From: Candidatus Brocadiia bacterium
GTDB taxonomy: Bacteria > Planctomycetota > Brocadiia > CAIUPP01
Direction of reading: 5' to 3'
Length of the DNA stretch: 64,000 nucleotides
Assembly: GCA_050015075.1 (NCBI GenBank)
Contig: JBEKCB010000008.1
Location: 32,001-96,000 of the forward strand
Below are positions 9,004 to 19,014 of this stretch, piece by piece. How positions within the stretch are numbered: the stretch's first letter is position 1; each line of letters starts with the position of its first letter. Under the pieces are notes generated by a model, which had not been told where the DNA came from, made no database searches, and saw nothing but the letters and a program-made list of their open reading frames with translations. The position numbers were made by a program, and so were the translations under genes.

Positions 9004-10536
9004 ATGATGATTGTCCTCCAGGGGACGGTCCAATGGGAAATTCCGGCTGAAGGCCGGAGAACCACGGAGCCAGCGACCTTGAGCAGCCCCGAGATTCCGT
9101 CCATCGCGGACACCAACGCGCGTTACCGCGTGGGCACGCTGCAGTATACGAAGGCGGGCCTGGCGTGGGTGTTTTTAATGCTGCTCTGGGGCGACTTCGT
9201 TTTCCAGTTGATGGAGTCGGTGGCCCCGAGCATCGTGCCGCTGCGGCTCAAGCAACTCGGAATCTCCGATTTTCTCCTGCCAATCGTCACGGCGACGATA
9301 CCCAACATCATCAATACGATGCTCAACCCGGTCATCTCCACCGCCAGCGACCGCTATCGCGGGCGGTTCGGGCGGCGGATTCCATTCATGCTGTTCTCCG
9401 CGCCGTTCATCTGCGGCGCGCTGGTGCTGTTGGCATTTTCAACGGAAATCGGTGTGTGGCTTCACGGCCGGATCGGTCCGATGACCGGGTGGAGCGCCGG
9501 CGCGGTGGCGATACTGGCGATGTCGGTGTTGTGGATTATGTTCACGGTCCTCAATATGTTCGCCACCACCGTGTATTACTACTTCTTCAACGACGTCGTG
9601 CCCGGCATGTTCATGTCGCGGTTTTTCGGGCTCTTCCGGCTCGTCAGCAGCCTGGCGGCCGTATTGTGGAACTACCTCATCTACCAGCACGCGCTGACTC
9701 ACATGAAGTTGATCTTCCTCGGCGCGGCGCTGGTCTATTTCATCGGTTTCCTTACGATGTGCCTGGGGATCAAGGAGGGGAAATATCCGCCCGCTCCGGC
9801 GATGGGCGAGGGTTTCTGGACGAAGCTGAGGATCTACGCGAAAGAGTGCCTCAGCCACCGGCTGTACATTTACATGTTCGTGCATAACATTTTCTGGTCC
9901 GTATCTTCGGCGTGCGGGACCTATACGGTGTTCCTGAGCCTCTCGCTGGGGCTGACCCTGAAGCAGATCGGCTCCATCGCCGCCGCAGTGAACCTAGTGC
10001 AGATGTTCCTGAGTTACCCGGCGGGGATGCTGGCGGACCGCTTTCACCCGATGCGGGTGATGGTCTGGATCAAGATCGGGCTGGTGGCGATCGTGCCGTT
10101 GAATTTCGTCTGGCTGTTCGGGAATTTTCAGCCGCAGACCGCGTTCCACATCCTGATCGCCTTGGCCGCAGTGGAACTGCCTCTCGGACTGCTGTACGAT
10201 ACCACGCGGCAGCCGATGCAGATGCTGGTCTGGCCCAAGAGCCGGTACGGACAGTTCTGTTCGTTCAACGCCATCGTGCAGGCGGCGTGCGGCATCGTGG
10301 CTACAGTGGCGGCGGGGTTATACATGACGGCGATGCGGCGGGCGTTCCCCGACGCCAAGTGGGGCACGGACTACTGCTATCGCATGATCCCGGCCTGGAG
10401 ACTGCCCTTTCTCTGCGCCGCGCTGGTCTTCCTGCTGCTGATGTACCGCGAGTGGAAACGATTGGGCGGCCTGAAGAACTACAAGGTGCCTGGGTTCGCG
10501 GACGAGGCGGCGATGGAGGACGCGCCCGCGAAGTAG
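9004..10536 (+). CDS. MFS transporter
   Basis: About 12 TM segments, SDRYRGRFGRRIPF loop motif; exact start uncertain. Confidence 0.88.
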   Translation: MMIVLQGTVQWEIPAEGRRTTEPATLSSPEIPSIADTNARYRVGTLQYTKAGLAWVFLMLLWGDFVFQLMESVAPSIVPLRLKQLGISDFLLPIVTATIPNIINTMLNPVISTASDRYRGRFGRRIPFMLFSAPFICGALVLLAFSTEIGVWLHGRIGPMTGWSAGAVAILAMSVLWIMFTVLNMFATTVYYYFFNDVVPGMFMSRFFGLFRLVSSLAAVLWNYLIYQHALTHMKLIFLGAALVYFIGFLTMCLGIKEGKYPPAPAMGEGFWTKLRIYAKECLSHRLYIYMFVHNIFWSVSSACGTYTVFLSLSLGLTLKQIGSIAAAVNLVQMFLSYPAGMLADRFHPMRVMVWIKIGLVAIVPLNFVWLFGNFQPQTAFHILIALAAVELPLGLLYDTTRQPMQMLVWPKSRYGQFCSFNAIVQAACGIVATVAAGLYMTAMRRAFPDAKWGTDYCYRMIPAWRLPFLCAALVFLLLMYREWKRLGGLKNYKVPGFADEAAMEDAPAK

Positions 10537-10589
10537 GAGCAGCGATTGCGCCAGGGATGGGTGAAATGGTTCAAGAAAAGGAGGAAGCC

Positions 10590-11837
10590 ATGAATCGAAA
10601 GACTCTTGCGAAGCTGGCCATTGAAGGCGGGTCGCCTGTGCGGGTTGCGCCTTTTTCCACCGGCCCAAAGCACACCCTGGCGGAATGGCGGGCCATCAAG
10701 CCGATCTTCGAGCGCGGCGCCATCCAAATGACCCGCGGGCCCGAGGTCATGGCCTTGCGCGAGAAATTCAAGAAGCTCTTCGGAATGAAATACGCGGTCA
10801 CCGCCTCCAGCGGGACGGCCGCTCTTCACACGGCGATCGGGGCCCTGGGCATCGGCCGAGGCGATGAGGTCATCACCAGCCCGATCACCGACATGGGCAC
10901 CCTGATTCCCATCCTGGCGCAGAATGCCGTCCCGATCTTCGCCGACGTGGACCCGCTGACCGTCGAGGTCACGCCGGAGACCGTGGCGCGCAAGATCACG
11001 CCGCGCACCAAGGCCATCATGCTGGTGCACTTGGCGGGCCTTCCGGCCGACGCCAGGGGCATTGTCCGCCTGGCGCACCGCCGCGGGATCGCCGTGGTGG
11101 AGGACATGGCGCAGAGCTACCTTTGCAAGCAGGGGCGCCGTTACGCCGGCACCTTCGGCGACATCGGCTGCTGGAGCCTGAACGAGAGCAAGCACATCGG
11201 CGCCGGCGACGGCGGCATCATGCTCACGAACCGTGTGGGCCTGGCGCGCCGCGCGGACCTTTTCGCCGACAAATGCTACGACCGCGAAGGTCGCGGCGTT
11301 CAGCCTTTCTTCGCGCCGTACAACTACCGGCTCAACACCCTGGTGGCGGCGGTCTGCCTGGAGCAGCTCAAGAGAGTCCGGAGCGTGTGCTCAACCCGGA
11401 ACCGGCTGGGGCGCTACCTGGATCGCTCGCTGGCGCGGATTGACGGCATCACCCCGCGCCCCGTGCGCAAGGGCGACTACGCCACGTACTGGTACTACCT
11501 CTTCCACATCGCGCCGGAGAAACTTCACTGCACCAACACGGAATTCGCCGCCGCCATGCGCGCTGAAGGGATTGGAGTCGGGGCCTTCCAGTCGAACGTC
11601 ATGGACTGGCCGATCTTCAGGGACCACCTTCTCAGCCCGCACGCCTGTGCGGACGCCTGCCCGCTTTACAAGGGCGGACGGCCCGATTACAACGTCGCCC
11701 ACTATCCCGGCGCGATGGAGGTCAAGCGGCGGACGATCCAGCTATGGATGAACGACTTCTTCACCATGCGCGACATGCGCGACCTGGTCCGCGCCGCGGC
11801 TAAAGTCGCCGCGCATTATCGGCGTCGGGCGAAGTGA
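10590..11837 (+). CDS. DegT/DnrJ/EryC1/StrS PLP-dependent aminotransferase
   Basis: SSGTAALH, GDEVI, EDMAQS, SLNESKH (PLP lysine); RBS AGGAGG. Confidence 0.92.
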   Translation: MNRKTLAKLAIEGGSPVRVAPFSTGPKHTLAEWRAIKPIFERGAIQMTRGPEVMALREKFKKLFGMKYAVTASSGTAALHTAIGALGIGRGDEVITSPITDMGTLIPILAQNAVPIFADVDPLTVEVTPETVARKITPRTKAIMLVHLAGLPADARGIVRLAHRRGIAVVEDMAQSYLCKQGRRYAGTFGDIGCWSLNESKHIGAGDGGIMLTNRVGLARRADLFADKCYDREGRGVQPFFAPYNYRLNTLVAAVCLEQLKRVRSVCSTRNRLGRYLDRSLARIDGITPRPVRKGDYATYWYYLFHIAPEKLHCTNTEFAAAMRAEGIGVGAFQSNVMDWPIFRDHLLSPHACADACPLYKGGRPDYNVAHYPGAMEVKRRTIQLWMNDFFTMRDMRDLVRAAAKVAAHYRRRAK

Positions 11838-12315
11838 GAGAGGATGAGGATGCGCTCCTTGACGTGTTGCGCGGCGGGGCGCTCCACAACACCGAATCGA
11901 GCGACCACTTCCCGGCACCGACCGCGGCCAGGAAGACCAGGCTCATGAGCATGGAATAATCCGTCCGGGCCGGGTCCTCCATCGCGAAGAACCCGCTCTT
12001 GATGAGGATGGGAATCTTCGTGGTGGCGATGGCCACGGAGATGTTGATGAGCAGCACGATGGCGCCCAACCGGGTCAGCAGGCCCAGCAGAAGCAGCGCG
12101 CCGCAGACGATCTCAACCGTCCCCACGAACGGCCCGGTGAACCCCGGCATCGGGATGCCGATCCGGGCGAATCGCCCCGCGCCCCATTGCTCGACAAAGA
12201 GAAACTTCTTCACTCCTTCGACCAGGAACACGCCGCCGGCCAGAAACCGAATCACGATGACGGCCGCCGGCGCGTCCGTCCGCATCATTTTGCGAAATGG
12301 GGAATCGCCTGCCAT
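11800..12315 (-). CDS. DoxX family membrane protein
   Basis: GxxKF, EIVCGALLLLGLLTR, GAGKWSLD. Confidence 0.88.
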   Translation of the reverse strand: MAGDSPFRKMMRTDAPAAVIVIRFLAGGVFLVEGVKKFLFVEQWGAGRFARIGIPMPGFTGPFVGTVEIVCGALLLLGLLTRLGAIVLLINISVAIATTKIPILIKSGFFAMEDPARTDYSMLMSLVFLAAVGAGKWSLDSVLWSAPPRNTSRSASSSSLTSPDADNARRL

Positions 12316-12316
12316 G

Positions 12317-12580
12317 TCAGGCCTTCAGGACGGAGTTCCTGCTGCCGTGCGGATTGGGGACTGACTCTGCGGCCTTCGGGTCGCTGATCCACACCCCGTC
12401 CGCGACGAAACGATACTCATGACGGCCCGGCGGCACGGAGACCCGGCCCCGCCAGATTCCGTCTCTGCCTTTGCGCATCGGGTTCCGGCGGGCATCCCAG
12501 TTATTGAACGTTCCCGCCACGCTGACTGCGGCGGCGGTCGGCATCTCCAGGATAAACTCCACAGTTTTCGTTCGTGCCAT
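12317..12580 (-). CDS. Glycogen-binding CBM48 / isoamylase early-set domain protein
   Basis: VSVAGTFNNWD, GRHEYRFVADGVWISDP, NPHGSRNS. Confidence 0.9.
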   Translation of the reverse strand: MARTKTVEFILEMPTAAAVSVAGTFNNWDARRNPMRKGRDGIWRGRVSVPPGRHEYRFVADGVWISDPKAAESVPNPHGSRNSVLKA

Positions 12581-12628
12581 GATCCGTTCTCCTTTCTCGC
12601 GCCGGATCGTCATTCGGCCGGCGCACGG

Positions 12629-14140
12629 TCATTTCGTCTTCAGCACCACAAACAGGCTCGAGCTTTTCCGCTTGATGAGCAGCAGGACCGTGTCTTTGTC
12701 TTTCGCTTTGCTGAGCGCTTCCTGCAGGTCGTCGGCGCTGGTCACCTTCTGGCGGTCGGCCTCGACGATGATGTCGCCCGGTTGCAGGCCCGCAAGCGAC
12801 GCGGCGCCGCCTTCCTCCACGTCGGTGATGATCGCGCCTTCAGCGCCCCGGATGCCGAACTGTTTCGCCAGATCGGGAGTGAGCGTCTGGACGGACATCC
12901 CCAGCTTATCCATAACGCCGCCTTCCTCGGGCGGCGTTGCCGCGCTCAGCATCTGCGGGGTCAGTATCCCGACACGCAGCGTCAGCGTCTCTTCCTTGCC
13001 GCCTCGGACAATGTCGAGCTTCACCTCGGTGTCCGGCGCGGTGGCGGCGACCATGTTGCGCAGGTGCGCGGAATTCTCCACCTCCTTGCCGTCGTATCGC
13101 ACAATCACGTCGCCGGGCTTGACGCCGGCCTTGGCGGCGGGGGAATCCGCGTTGACTTGCGCGACGAGCGCGCCCTTGGCTTCGCTGAGGCCGAACTGTT
13201 TGGCCAGCTCGGGCGTGACCTCCTGGATCATGACGCCGAGCATGCCGTGCGTCACCTTCCCGCCTTTCACGAGCGTCGGCAGGATGCCCTTGACCAGGTT
13301 GATCGGGATGGCGAAGCCGACGCCGGCGAACTGCCCGATGCTGGTGGCGATGGCGCTGTTCATGCCGATGACCTGGCCTCGCATGTTCACCAAGGGCCCG
13401 CCCGAGTTGCCGGGATTGATCGCCGCGTCGGTCTGCAGGAAGTCCTCATAGGTGTTGATCCCGACGCCCGAGCGCCCCTTGGCGCTGATGATGCCCATGG
13501 TCACCGTCTGCTGGTAGCCGAACGGCGCGCCGATCGCCATGACCAGGTCGCCCACCTCCACGGCGTCCGAATCGCCGAACTCCACCGCCGGCAGATCGTC
13601 CGGCACGCTCCCCTTCATGCGGATGACGGCCACGTCGGTCTGCGGGTCGCTGCTGACGACTTCCGCCTCGAAGGTGCGCTTGTCCGCCAGTTGGATCTTG
13701 ATCTCGTCAACGTCGCTCACCACGTGGTAGTTCGTGAGGACGTGCCCCTGCTTGTCAATGATCATGCCCGAGCCCATCCCGCTTTGCGGCACGCTATACT
13801 CGCGCGGCATCGGCTGCGACCGCGGCTGATTCTGCGGAAACTGCCGGCCGAAGAACTGCCGGAAGAAATCGTTGCCGAAGGGAGACCCGAAGTCGGGTGC
13901 CTGGAACTTCACCGTTTTCTCGGAGAACACGCTGACCACCGTCGGCCGGACGTGCGCCGCGACCATGGCGAACGCCTTGCTCAACTGCTCCGCCGGCGCC
14001 ACCGCGGCCGGATCTATCGGCCCGGCCTTCAGGTCGCTTCCGCCCGGGCGCGCCGCAACGAGCGCGATCAAGCCGAACGCCACGAACAACGCCACACCCA
14101 GCGCCACGCCGGCAGAGGCCGCCTTGCTCCAAACTCTCAT
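12629..14140 (-). CDS. degP: DegP/DegQ (HtrA) serine endoprotease with two PDZ domains
   Basis: TNYHVV, DVAVI, GNSGGPL catalytic triad; two PDZ domains; N-terminal anchor. Confidence 0.92.
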   Translation of the reverse strand: MRVWSKAASAGVALGVALFVAFGLIALVAARPGGSDLKAGPIDPAAVAPAEQLSKAFAMVAAHVRPTVVSVFSEKTVKFQAPDFGSPFGNDFFRQFFGRQFPQNQPRSQPMPREYSVPQSGMGSGMIIDKQGHVLTNYHVVSDVDEIKIQLADKRTFEAEVVSSDPQTDVAVIRMKGSVPDDLPAVEFGDSDAVEVGDLVMAIGAPFGYQQTVTMGIISAKGRSGVGINTYEDFLQTDAAINPGNSGGPLVNMRGQVIGMNSAIATSIGQFAGVGFAIPINLVKGILPTLVKGGKVTHGMLGVMIQEVTPELAKQFGLSEAKGALVAQVNADSPAAKAGVKPGDVIVRYDGKEVENSAHLRNMVAATAPDTEVKLDIVRGGKEETLTLRVGILTPQMLSAATPPEEGGVMDKLGMSVQTLTPDLAKQFGIRGAEGAIITDVEEGGAASLAGLQPGDIIVEADRQKVTSADDLQEALSKAKDKDTVLLLIKRKSSSLFVVLKTK

Positions 14141-14257
14141 GGAGGGTCTCCTTCCCTGGATTGTCTTCAGCCTTTCGCGTCTTGCCCGCCCACTCTGATC
14201 TTTATCTTATTGCGAAATCGAGAGCGATGTCAAGACCGGCGGGCCGCTGAAGAATCA

Positions 14258-14304
14258 CTTGACGGGTGCGGCCTCAGTCGTCAGAATACGACATCCGACG
14301 CCTG
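14258..14304 (+). promoter_or_regulatory. Sigma70-like promoter of ltaE (copy at 35410-35456, minus strand)
   Basis: TTGACG-17bp-CAGAAT. Confidence 0.6.
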
Positions 14305-14327
14305 CTCCGGGTGCAGTGGAGATTTCG

Positions 14328-15353
14328 ATGGTTGACCTTCGCAGCGATACGGTAACGCGGCCGACGAGAGGCATGCTCCGCGCCATGATGCGCGCCAAGG
14401 TCGGCGACGATGTCCTCGGCGACGACCCGACCGTGATCCGCCTCGAGGAAATGGCGGCGGAGTTCCTCGGCCAGGAGCGCGCGCTCTTCATGCCGAGCGG
14501 CTCGATGGCCAACACGGTCGCGATCAAGAGCTGGACCCAGCCGGGCGACGAGGTGGTCCTGGACCGGGGCGCGCATTCGGTGAACTACGAGGTCGGCGCG
14601 GGCGCGGCGCTCTGCGGAGTGATGTTCAGCACCCTCGACATGCCCGACGGAATCCTGACCGCCGCCGCGGTAGAGTCGGCCATCCGCCCGCTCAACATCC
14701 ATCAGCCGCTGACGCGGCTGGTGACCGTCGAGAACACGCACAACCGCGCCGGCGGAACCTGCTACCCGCTGCAGCGGGTGAGCGAACTTCGCCGTCTGAC
14801 GAAGGCGCACGGCCTCCGGCTTCATATGGACGGCGCGCGCCTGGTGAATGCCGCCGCCGTGACGGGCCACGCGCCGCGCGAGTACGGCCGGCTGTGCGAC
14901 TCCGTCTCGCAATGCCTCTCGAAGGGCCTCGGCTGCCCGGTCGGGACGATGCTCGCCGGGCCGGCGGATTTCATCGAGCGCGCGCGGCGGTGCCGCAAGA
15001 TGCTCGGCGGCGGCATGCGGCAGGTCGGCTATCTCGCGGCGGCCGGCATCTATGCGCTGGAACATCACGTCGAGCGCGTGGTCGAGGACCACGCGAACGC
15101 GCGCCGGCTCGCCGAGGGGCTGGCGGAGATCCCGGAGATCGAGATTGATCCGGGCAGGTTCCCGACGAACCTCGTCTATTTCCGGTTCCGGGCCGGCCCG
15201 CAGAAAGCGCAGGAGACCGTGGCCGCGCTGAAGGCGAAGGGAATCCTGATCATGCTGACCGCCCCCGACCGCGCCCGCGCGGTGACGCATCTCGATATCT
15301 CGGCTCGCGACATCGCGCTGACGCTCCGTACGCTGAAGCGGCTTCTCCGCTGA
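14328..15353 (+). CDS. ltaE: Low-specificity L-threonine aldolase
   Basis: DLRSDTVT, VGDDV, HMDGAR, CLSKGLGCPVG, GGGMRQ. Confidence 0.95.
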   Translation: MVDLRSDTVTRPTRGMLRAMMRAKVGDDVLGDDPTVIRLEEMAAEFLGQERALFMPSGSMANTVAIKSWTQPGDEVVLDRGAHSVNYEVGAGAALCGVMFSTLDMPDGILTAAAVESAIRPLNIHQPLTRLVTVENTHNRAGGTCYPLQRVSELRRLTKAHGLRLHMDGARLVNAAAVTGHAPREYGRLCDSVSQCLSKGLGCPVGTMLAGPADFIERARRCRKMLGGGMRQVGYLAAAGIYALEHHVERVVEDHANARRLAEGLAEIPEIEIDPGRFPTNLVYFRFRAGPQKAQETVAALKAKGILIMLTAPDRARAVTHLDISARDIALTLRTLKRLLR

Positions 15354-15486
15354 TCGCGCGACGCCTCGCCCGCCGCCGACCGCCTTGCCAATCGCCCCGG
15401 GCCAACGGGTCCAAAAAACCGAAAAATTCTCTTGGCAGCCATATAATTGACGGATATACTATACGCAGCTTAGCCGAAAGGGGCCT

Positions 15487-16008
15487 ATGGCAACGAAGCG
15501 CTGGGTGGTTCATCGCATCCCGAAATATGAGCGGCTGCAGCGGATGGCGGAGCGTTTTCCCTCGCTGGACCCCACCGCTGTCCAGACGGTTCACGTGTTG
15601 ATGGGCGTCGCCGACGAAGTGTCAGCGGCGATCGGGGCCAACCTGGCGCGCTACGGGATCGGCCAGGGCAAGTATGTCGTGCTGGGGCTGCTGCTGGAAC
15701 ATCAACCCAGGGCGCTTTCCCACTCGGAGCTGGCGGAGCTGTACGGCGTCACCAAGGGCGACATCACCGGACTCGTGGACGGGCTGGAGCGCGACGGTTA
15801 TGTGAAGCGGGAGGCCCGCGGCGACGACCGCCGGGTTACACCCATCGCGCTGACTCCGGCCGGGCGGCGGCTCATCGAGAAAATCCTGCCCGATCACGCC
15901 GGCTGGGTGTCGGCGCTCATGGCCGGTCTTTCCGTTTCCGAGCGCAAAACACTCATGTCGCTGCTCACCAAGGTGCAGTCCGGCTTGCCCGCGCTGAAGC
16001 GCAAGTGA
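15487..16008 (+). CDS. MarR family transcriptional regulator
   Basis: ELAELYGVT..ITGLVDGLERDGYVKR..DRR..LTPAG winged helix. Confidence 0.92.
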   Translation: MATKRWVVHRIPKYERLQRMAERFPSLDPTAVQTVHVLMGVADEVSAAIGANLARYGIGQGKYVVLGLLLEHQPRALSHSELAELYGVTKGDITGLVDGLERDGYVKREARGDDRRVTPIALTPAGRRLIEKILPDHAGWVSALMAGLSVSERKTLMSLLTKVQSGLPALKRK

Positions 16009-16024
16009 TGCGGCCGGGACAAAC

Positions 16025-18826
16025 TCACGGCGTGCGCCCGGACGCCGCCAGGGTCTTCTTCAGGGCCGCCATGCGCGCTTCGGAGCCTTCGAAAAGGTCG
16101 TCCGGGAACTTGTAATAGAGAAGGATGTCGTCCAGCAGTTCCTTGCTCAAGTTGCGGTTCAATGCCAGCCCCGCCAGGTATTGCAGCCGCAGGTTCATGT
16201 CGGTGTTGATCTGCGCGCCGCTGAGCCACCCGGCCAGGTCCCCGGCTTGTCCGGCATAGGTGGACAGCAGGTCAACGGCAACCTCCGGCGCCTCGCCGTA
16301 GCCCTCTCCCAGCGGACGGCGCGCGCCGAACTTCACATCCTCGAGTGATTGCTTCACCTTCGGATGCGAGTCCAGCCACTGCTGCAGGCGATCCACGTCA
16401 ATCTTTTCGACCGGCTCCGCCTGCCCGAAAAGCACGGTGTCGTACCCCTCGCCCGAAGAATCGTTGCTCCAGATGACGCCGTTCGGGAACACCTCGAAGA
16501 AGGTCGCAATCCCGCTCTTGGCGCTCGTCGAGTCGCTCTCGTACAGCGGGAACCAGAGCGCGACGATCCCGCCGGGGTTCAGATGGGCCTTGCACATCTG
16601 GTAGTACTCGCGCGTGTTCAGCGCGGCGCAGCCCTTGACCCACGGGTCTATCGGGTCCGACGTGATGATGTCGAACTTTTCCTTCGTGGTGCGGATGAAG
16701 TGCCGCCCGTCGTCCAGGATCACCTGCGTGCGGGGGTCCGCCACCACGTTGTAGTTCTCCTTGGCGAACATCGGCGCCACGTCCCTGGGCACGACCGGCT
16801 CGATGTCGCAGATGACGATCCGCTGGACGGCATCGTAGGGCACGAATGAACCGGCGGTCACGCCCGCGCCGCAGGCGACCACGAGGACCGACCGCACGGA
16901 ATCGGGGTCCCTGCGCGCCAGCATCGTGAGGTGCCCGAGCATGCGCTGCAGGCGCATGTCCTGCGGATGGGTGGAGGCCTGCACCTTGCCGGCCCCGTGG
17001 AAATAACGAAAACTGTCCTTGTCCTCCGAGACGGCGACGGTGACGTTCATGCCTTCCCGCACCAGGGCGCAATGCCAGTTCGCCGCGCCGCCGCCGTAAG
17101 CGGCGGAAGACGCTTCCTGTCGCTCGAAGGCCTGCCCCTTGCGCAACGCGGAAAGCAGCTCCGCGCGGTTGGCCGCGATCCAGGGATCCATGACGGGCTT
17201 GGCGGCCGTCATCAGCGCCTGGCCGGCTGCGCCGCTGGACTGGGCCTCATAACGTATGGCGCCGTCGGAGACTCGCAGGGTCACATGCCAGCCCTCGGCG
17301 TATTTGAGCAGTGCGATTTCCTTCAGATCGAGGACTCCAGGATAAACTTCCGACATGTAGGTGCCGCAGAAGCGGCCAAAGCCGACGGCGGCCCACGGCA
17401 TCGGCGAGACGCGCCGGGTCAACAGCGGCGTGAGCACCGCGGCCGCCACGAGCCCGATGATCGCCGGCATCGCCGGCAGGCGCTCGGTCCGAATCTCTTC
17501 GCGCGCCCGGAACCACCGCCAGGCCGCCGGAGCCAGGCACACGACCGCGGACAGGCCGGCGAGCATGAGCATGATCCGCTGCGACCACTGGCTGCCGATC
17601 GCAGGGATCAGCAGCAGGCTGAAGGCCAGCGCTCCCGCAATCGCCCCGACCGTGTTGGCTGCATAGACGCCCGCCACCAGGCGTCCCGAGTCCTGCCCCG
17701 GTCGCGCGGCGGCCGCCAGGGCCAGCGGAAAACTCGCTCCCCAGCAGAGCGCCGCCGGCAGCACCACGTACAGGCATCGCAGCAGGTCCAACTGGAACGT
17801 GAACCATGGGCTGATGGAAATCGAAGGGTTGATCGGCCAGAACGGCAGCGAGTCCGAAAGCGCCCAGGCCGCCCAGGCGATCGCGCCCGCCAGGAGCAGT
17901 TGGCTATATCCGAGCGCCAGCCGCGGGTGCGCCGTACGCGCCAGGAAAGAACCGGCGGCGCTGCCGAGCCCCAGCCCAAGCAGAAACAGCGCCAGGATGG
18001 CCGAGAAGGTGTAAACCGTGCCTCCCAGCAGCAGCGACAGCAGCCGCGTCCAGACCACCTCCGCTCCCAGCGCCGTCAGCCCGGACAGGGCGATCACGAT
18101 ATACACGCTCCACGGGCCGGCTTCGGCCGGGGATTTCGCCTGCGGCCGGGCGATGACCGCCGGCCGATAGGACCACACCGCCGATAACGCCACGCTGATC
18201 GCCGATACGGTCAAGTTGACGGCCACCGCGAAATAGGTTGTCGCCGCCATGTCCGAGATTCGCAGCAGGTAGAACCCGGCCAGAAGACATCCCGCCACCG
18301 CTCCCGCGATGTTCGCTCCGTAGAGGAACCCCAGCCACGAGACGCCTTCCGGCGTCGTCTCCACCCAGCGCGAGAGCGCCGGCAGCGTCGCGCCCATCAG
18401 CATCGCCGGCGGCAGCAGGCACACCACGCTCAGCACCCCTCGCAGCGCCAGCGATGCAATCCACCCGCCGCCCGCGACGCCGGTGTAAAGCGTCTCGATG
18501 TGCGGCATTCCGTACAGCACCGCCAGCGCAATCACCCCGATGCCCAGTTCCAGGGCGGCGTAAACCCGCAGCGGGTGCCGATTCGGGGAGATGAGCCGAG
18601 GCAATAACAGGCTGCCCAGGCACATCCCACCCATGAATGTGCCGAGCAGCACTCCCAGGGAAACCGCCGTGGAGCCGATGACGAGCTGCAGCAACTGAAG
18701 CCACACGATCTCGTATACCAATGCCGCGCACCCGCTGCCCATGAACAGCGGCAGCAGGAGGAGCAGTCGCGTCGGGGAGGGATTCGATCCCGGAGGAGCG
18801 TTCTGGAGCGGCGCCGAGTTGGCCAT
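16025..18826 (-). CDS. Fused multi-TM / spermidine synthase-like protein
   Basis: SGCAALVYEIVW and YAANTVGAIAG TM repeats; CGAGVT, DDGRHF, FDIITSDP. Confidence 0.88.
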   Translation of the reverse strand: MANSAPLQNAPPGSNPSPTRLLLLLPLFMGSGCAALVYEIVWLQLLQLVIGSTAVSLGVLLGTFMGGMCLGSLLLPRLISPNRHPLRVYAALELGIGVIALAVLYGMPHIETLYTGVAGGGWIASLALRGVLSVVCLLPPAMLMGATLPALSRWVETTPEGVSWLGFLYGANIAGAVAGCLLAGFYLLRISDMAATTYFAVAVNLTVSAISVALSAVWSYRPAVIARPQAKSPAEAGPWSVYIVIALSGLTALGAEVVWTRLLSLLLGGTVYTFSAILALFLLGLGLGSAAGSFLARTAHPRLALGYSQLLLAGAIAWAAWALSDSLPFWPINPSISISPWFTFQLDLLRCLYVVLPAALCWGASFPLALAAAARPGQDSGRLVAGVYAANTVGAIAGALAFSLLLIPAIGSQWSQRIMLMLAGLSAVVCLAPAAWRWFRAREEIRTERLPAMPAIIGLVAAAVLTPLLTRRVSPMPWAAVGFGRFCGTYMSEVYPGVLDLKEIALLKYAEGWHVTLRVSDGAIRYEAQSSGAAGQALMTAAKPVMDPWIAANRAELLSALRKGQAFERQEASSAAYGGGAANWHCALVREGMNVTVAVSEDKDSFRYFHGAGKVQASTHPQDMRLQRMLGHLTMLARRDPDSVRSVLVVACGAGVTAGSFVPYDAVQRIVICDIEPVVPRDVAPMFAKENYNVVADPRTQVILDDGRHFIRTTKEKFDIITSDPIDPWVKGCAALNTREYYQMCKAHLNPGGIVALWFPLYESDSTSAKSGIATFFEVFPNGVIWSNDSSGEGYDTVLFGQAEPVEKIDVDRLQQWLDSHPKVKQSLEDVKFGARRPLGEGYGEAPEVAVDLLSTYAGQAGDLAGWLSGAQINTDMNLRLQYLAGLALNRNLSKELLDDILLYYKFPDDLFEGSEARMAALKKTLAASGRTP

Positions 18827-19014
18827 GATTTCCCAGATGACCGGCGGTTCGATACCATCGTGAACCACGCGGGTGATATTCTACACATCCCGGCCGGTTC
18901 CGCAAGCCGGAATCGGTTGGAGCGTGGAACTTGACAGGGCGGCCTACGATCAACAGAATGTGAAGTTTGAAGACCGGGTCTATCCGGAAACCCGCGGCTT
19001 GGAGGAGAAGGATC

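Noticed and set aside
12419-14335. Long antisense or alternate-frame ORFs (e.g. 12419-14335, 24008-26488, 50840-52840, 59174-60850)
   Set aside because: Shadow ORFs of GC-rich genes with clear family motifs on the other strand or frame.
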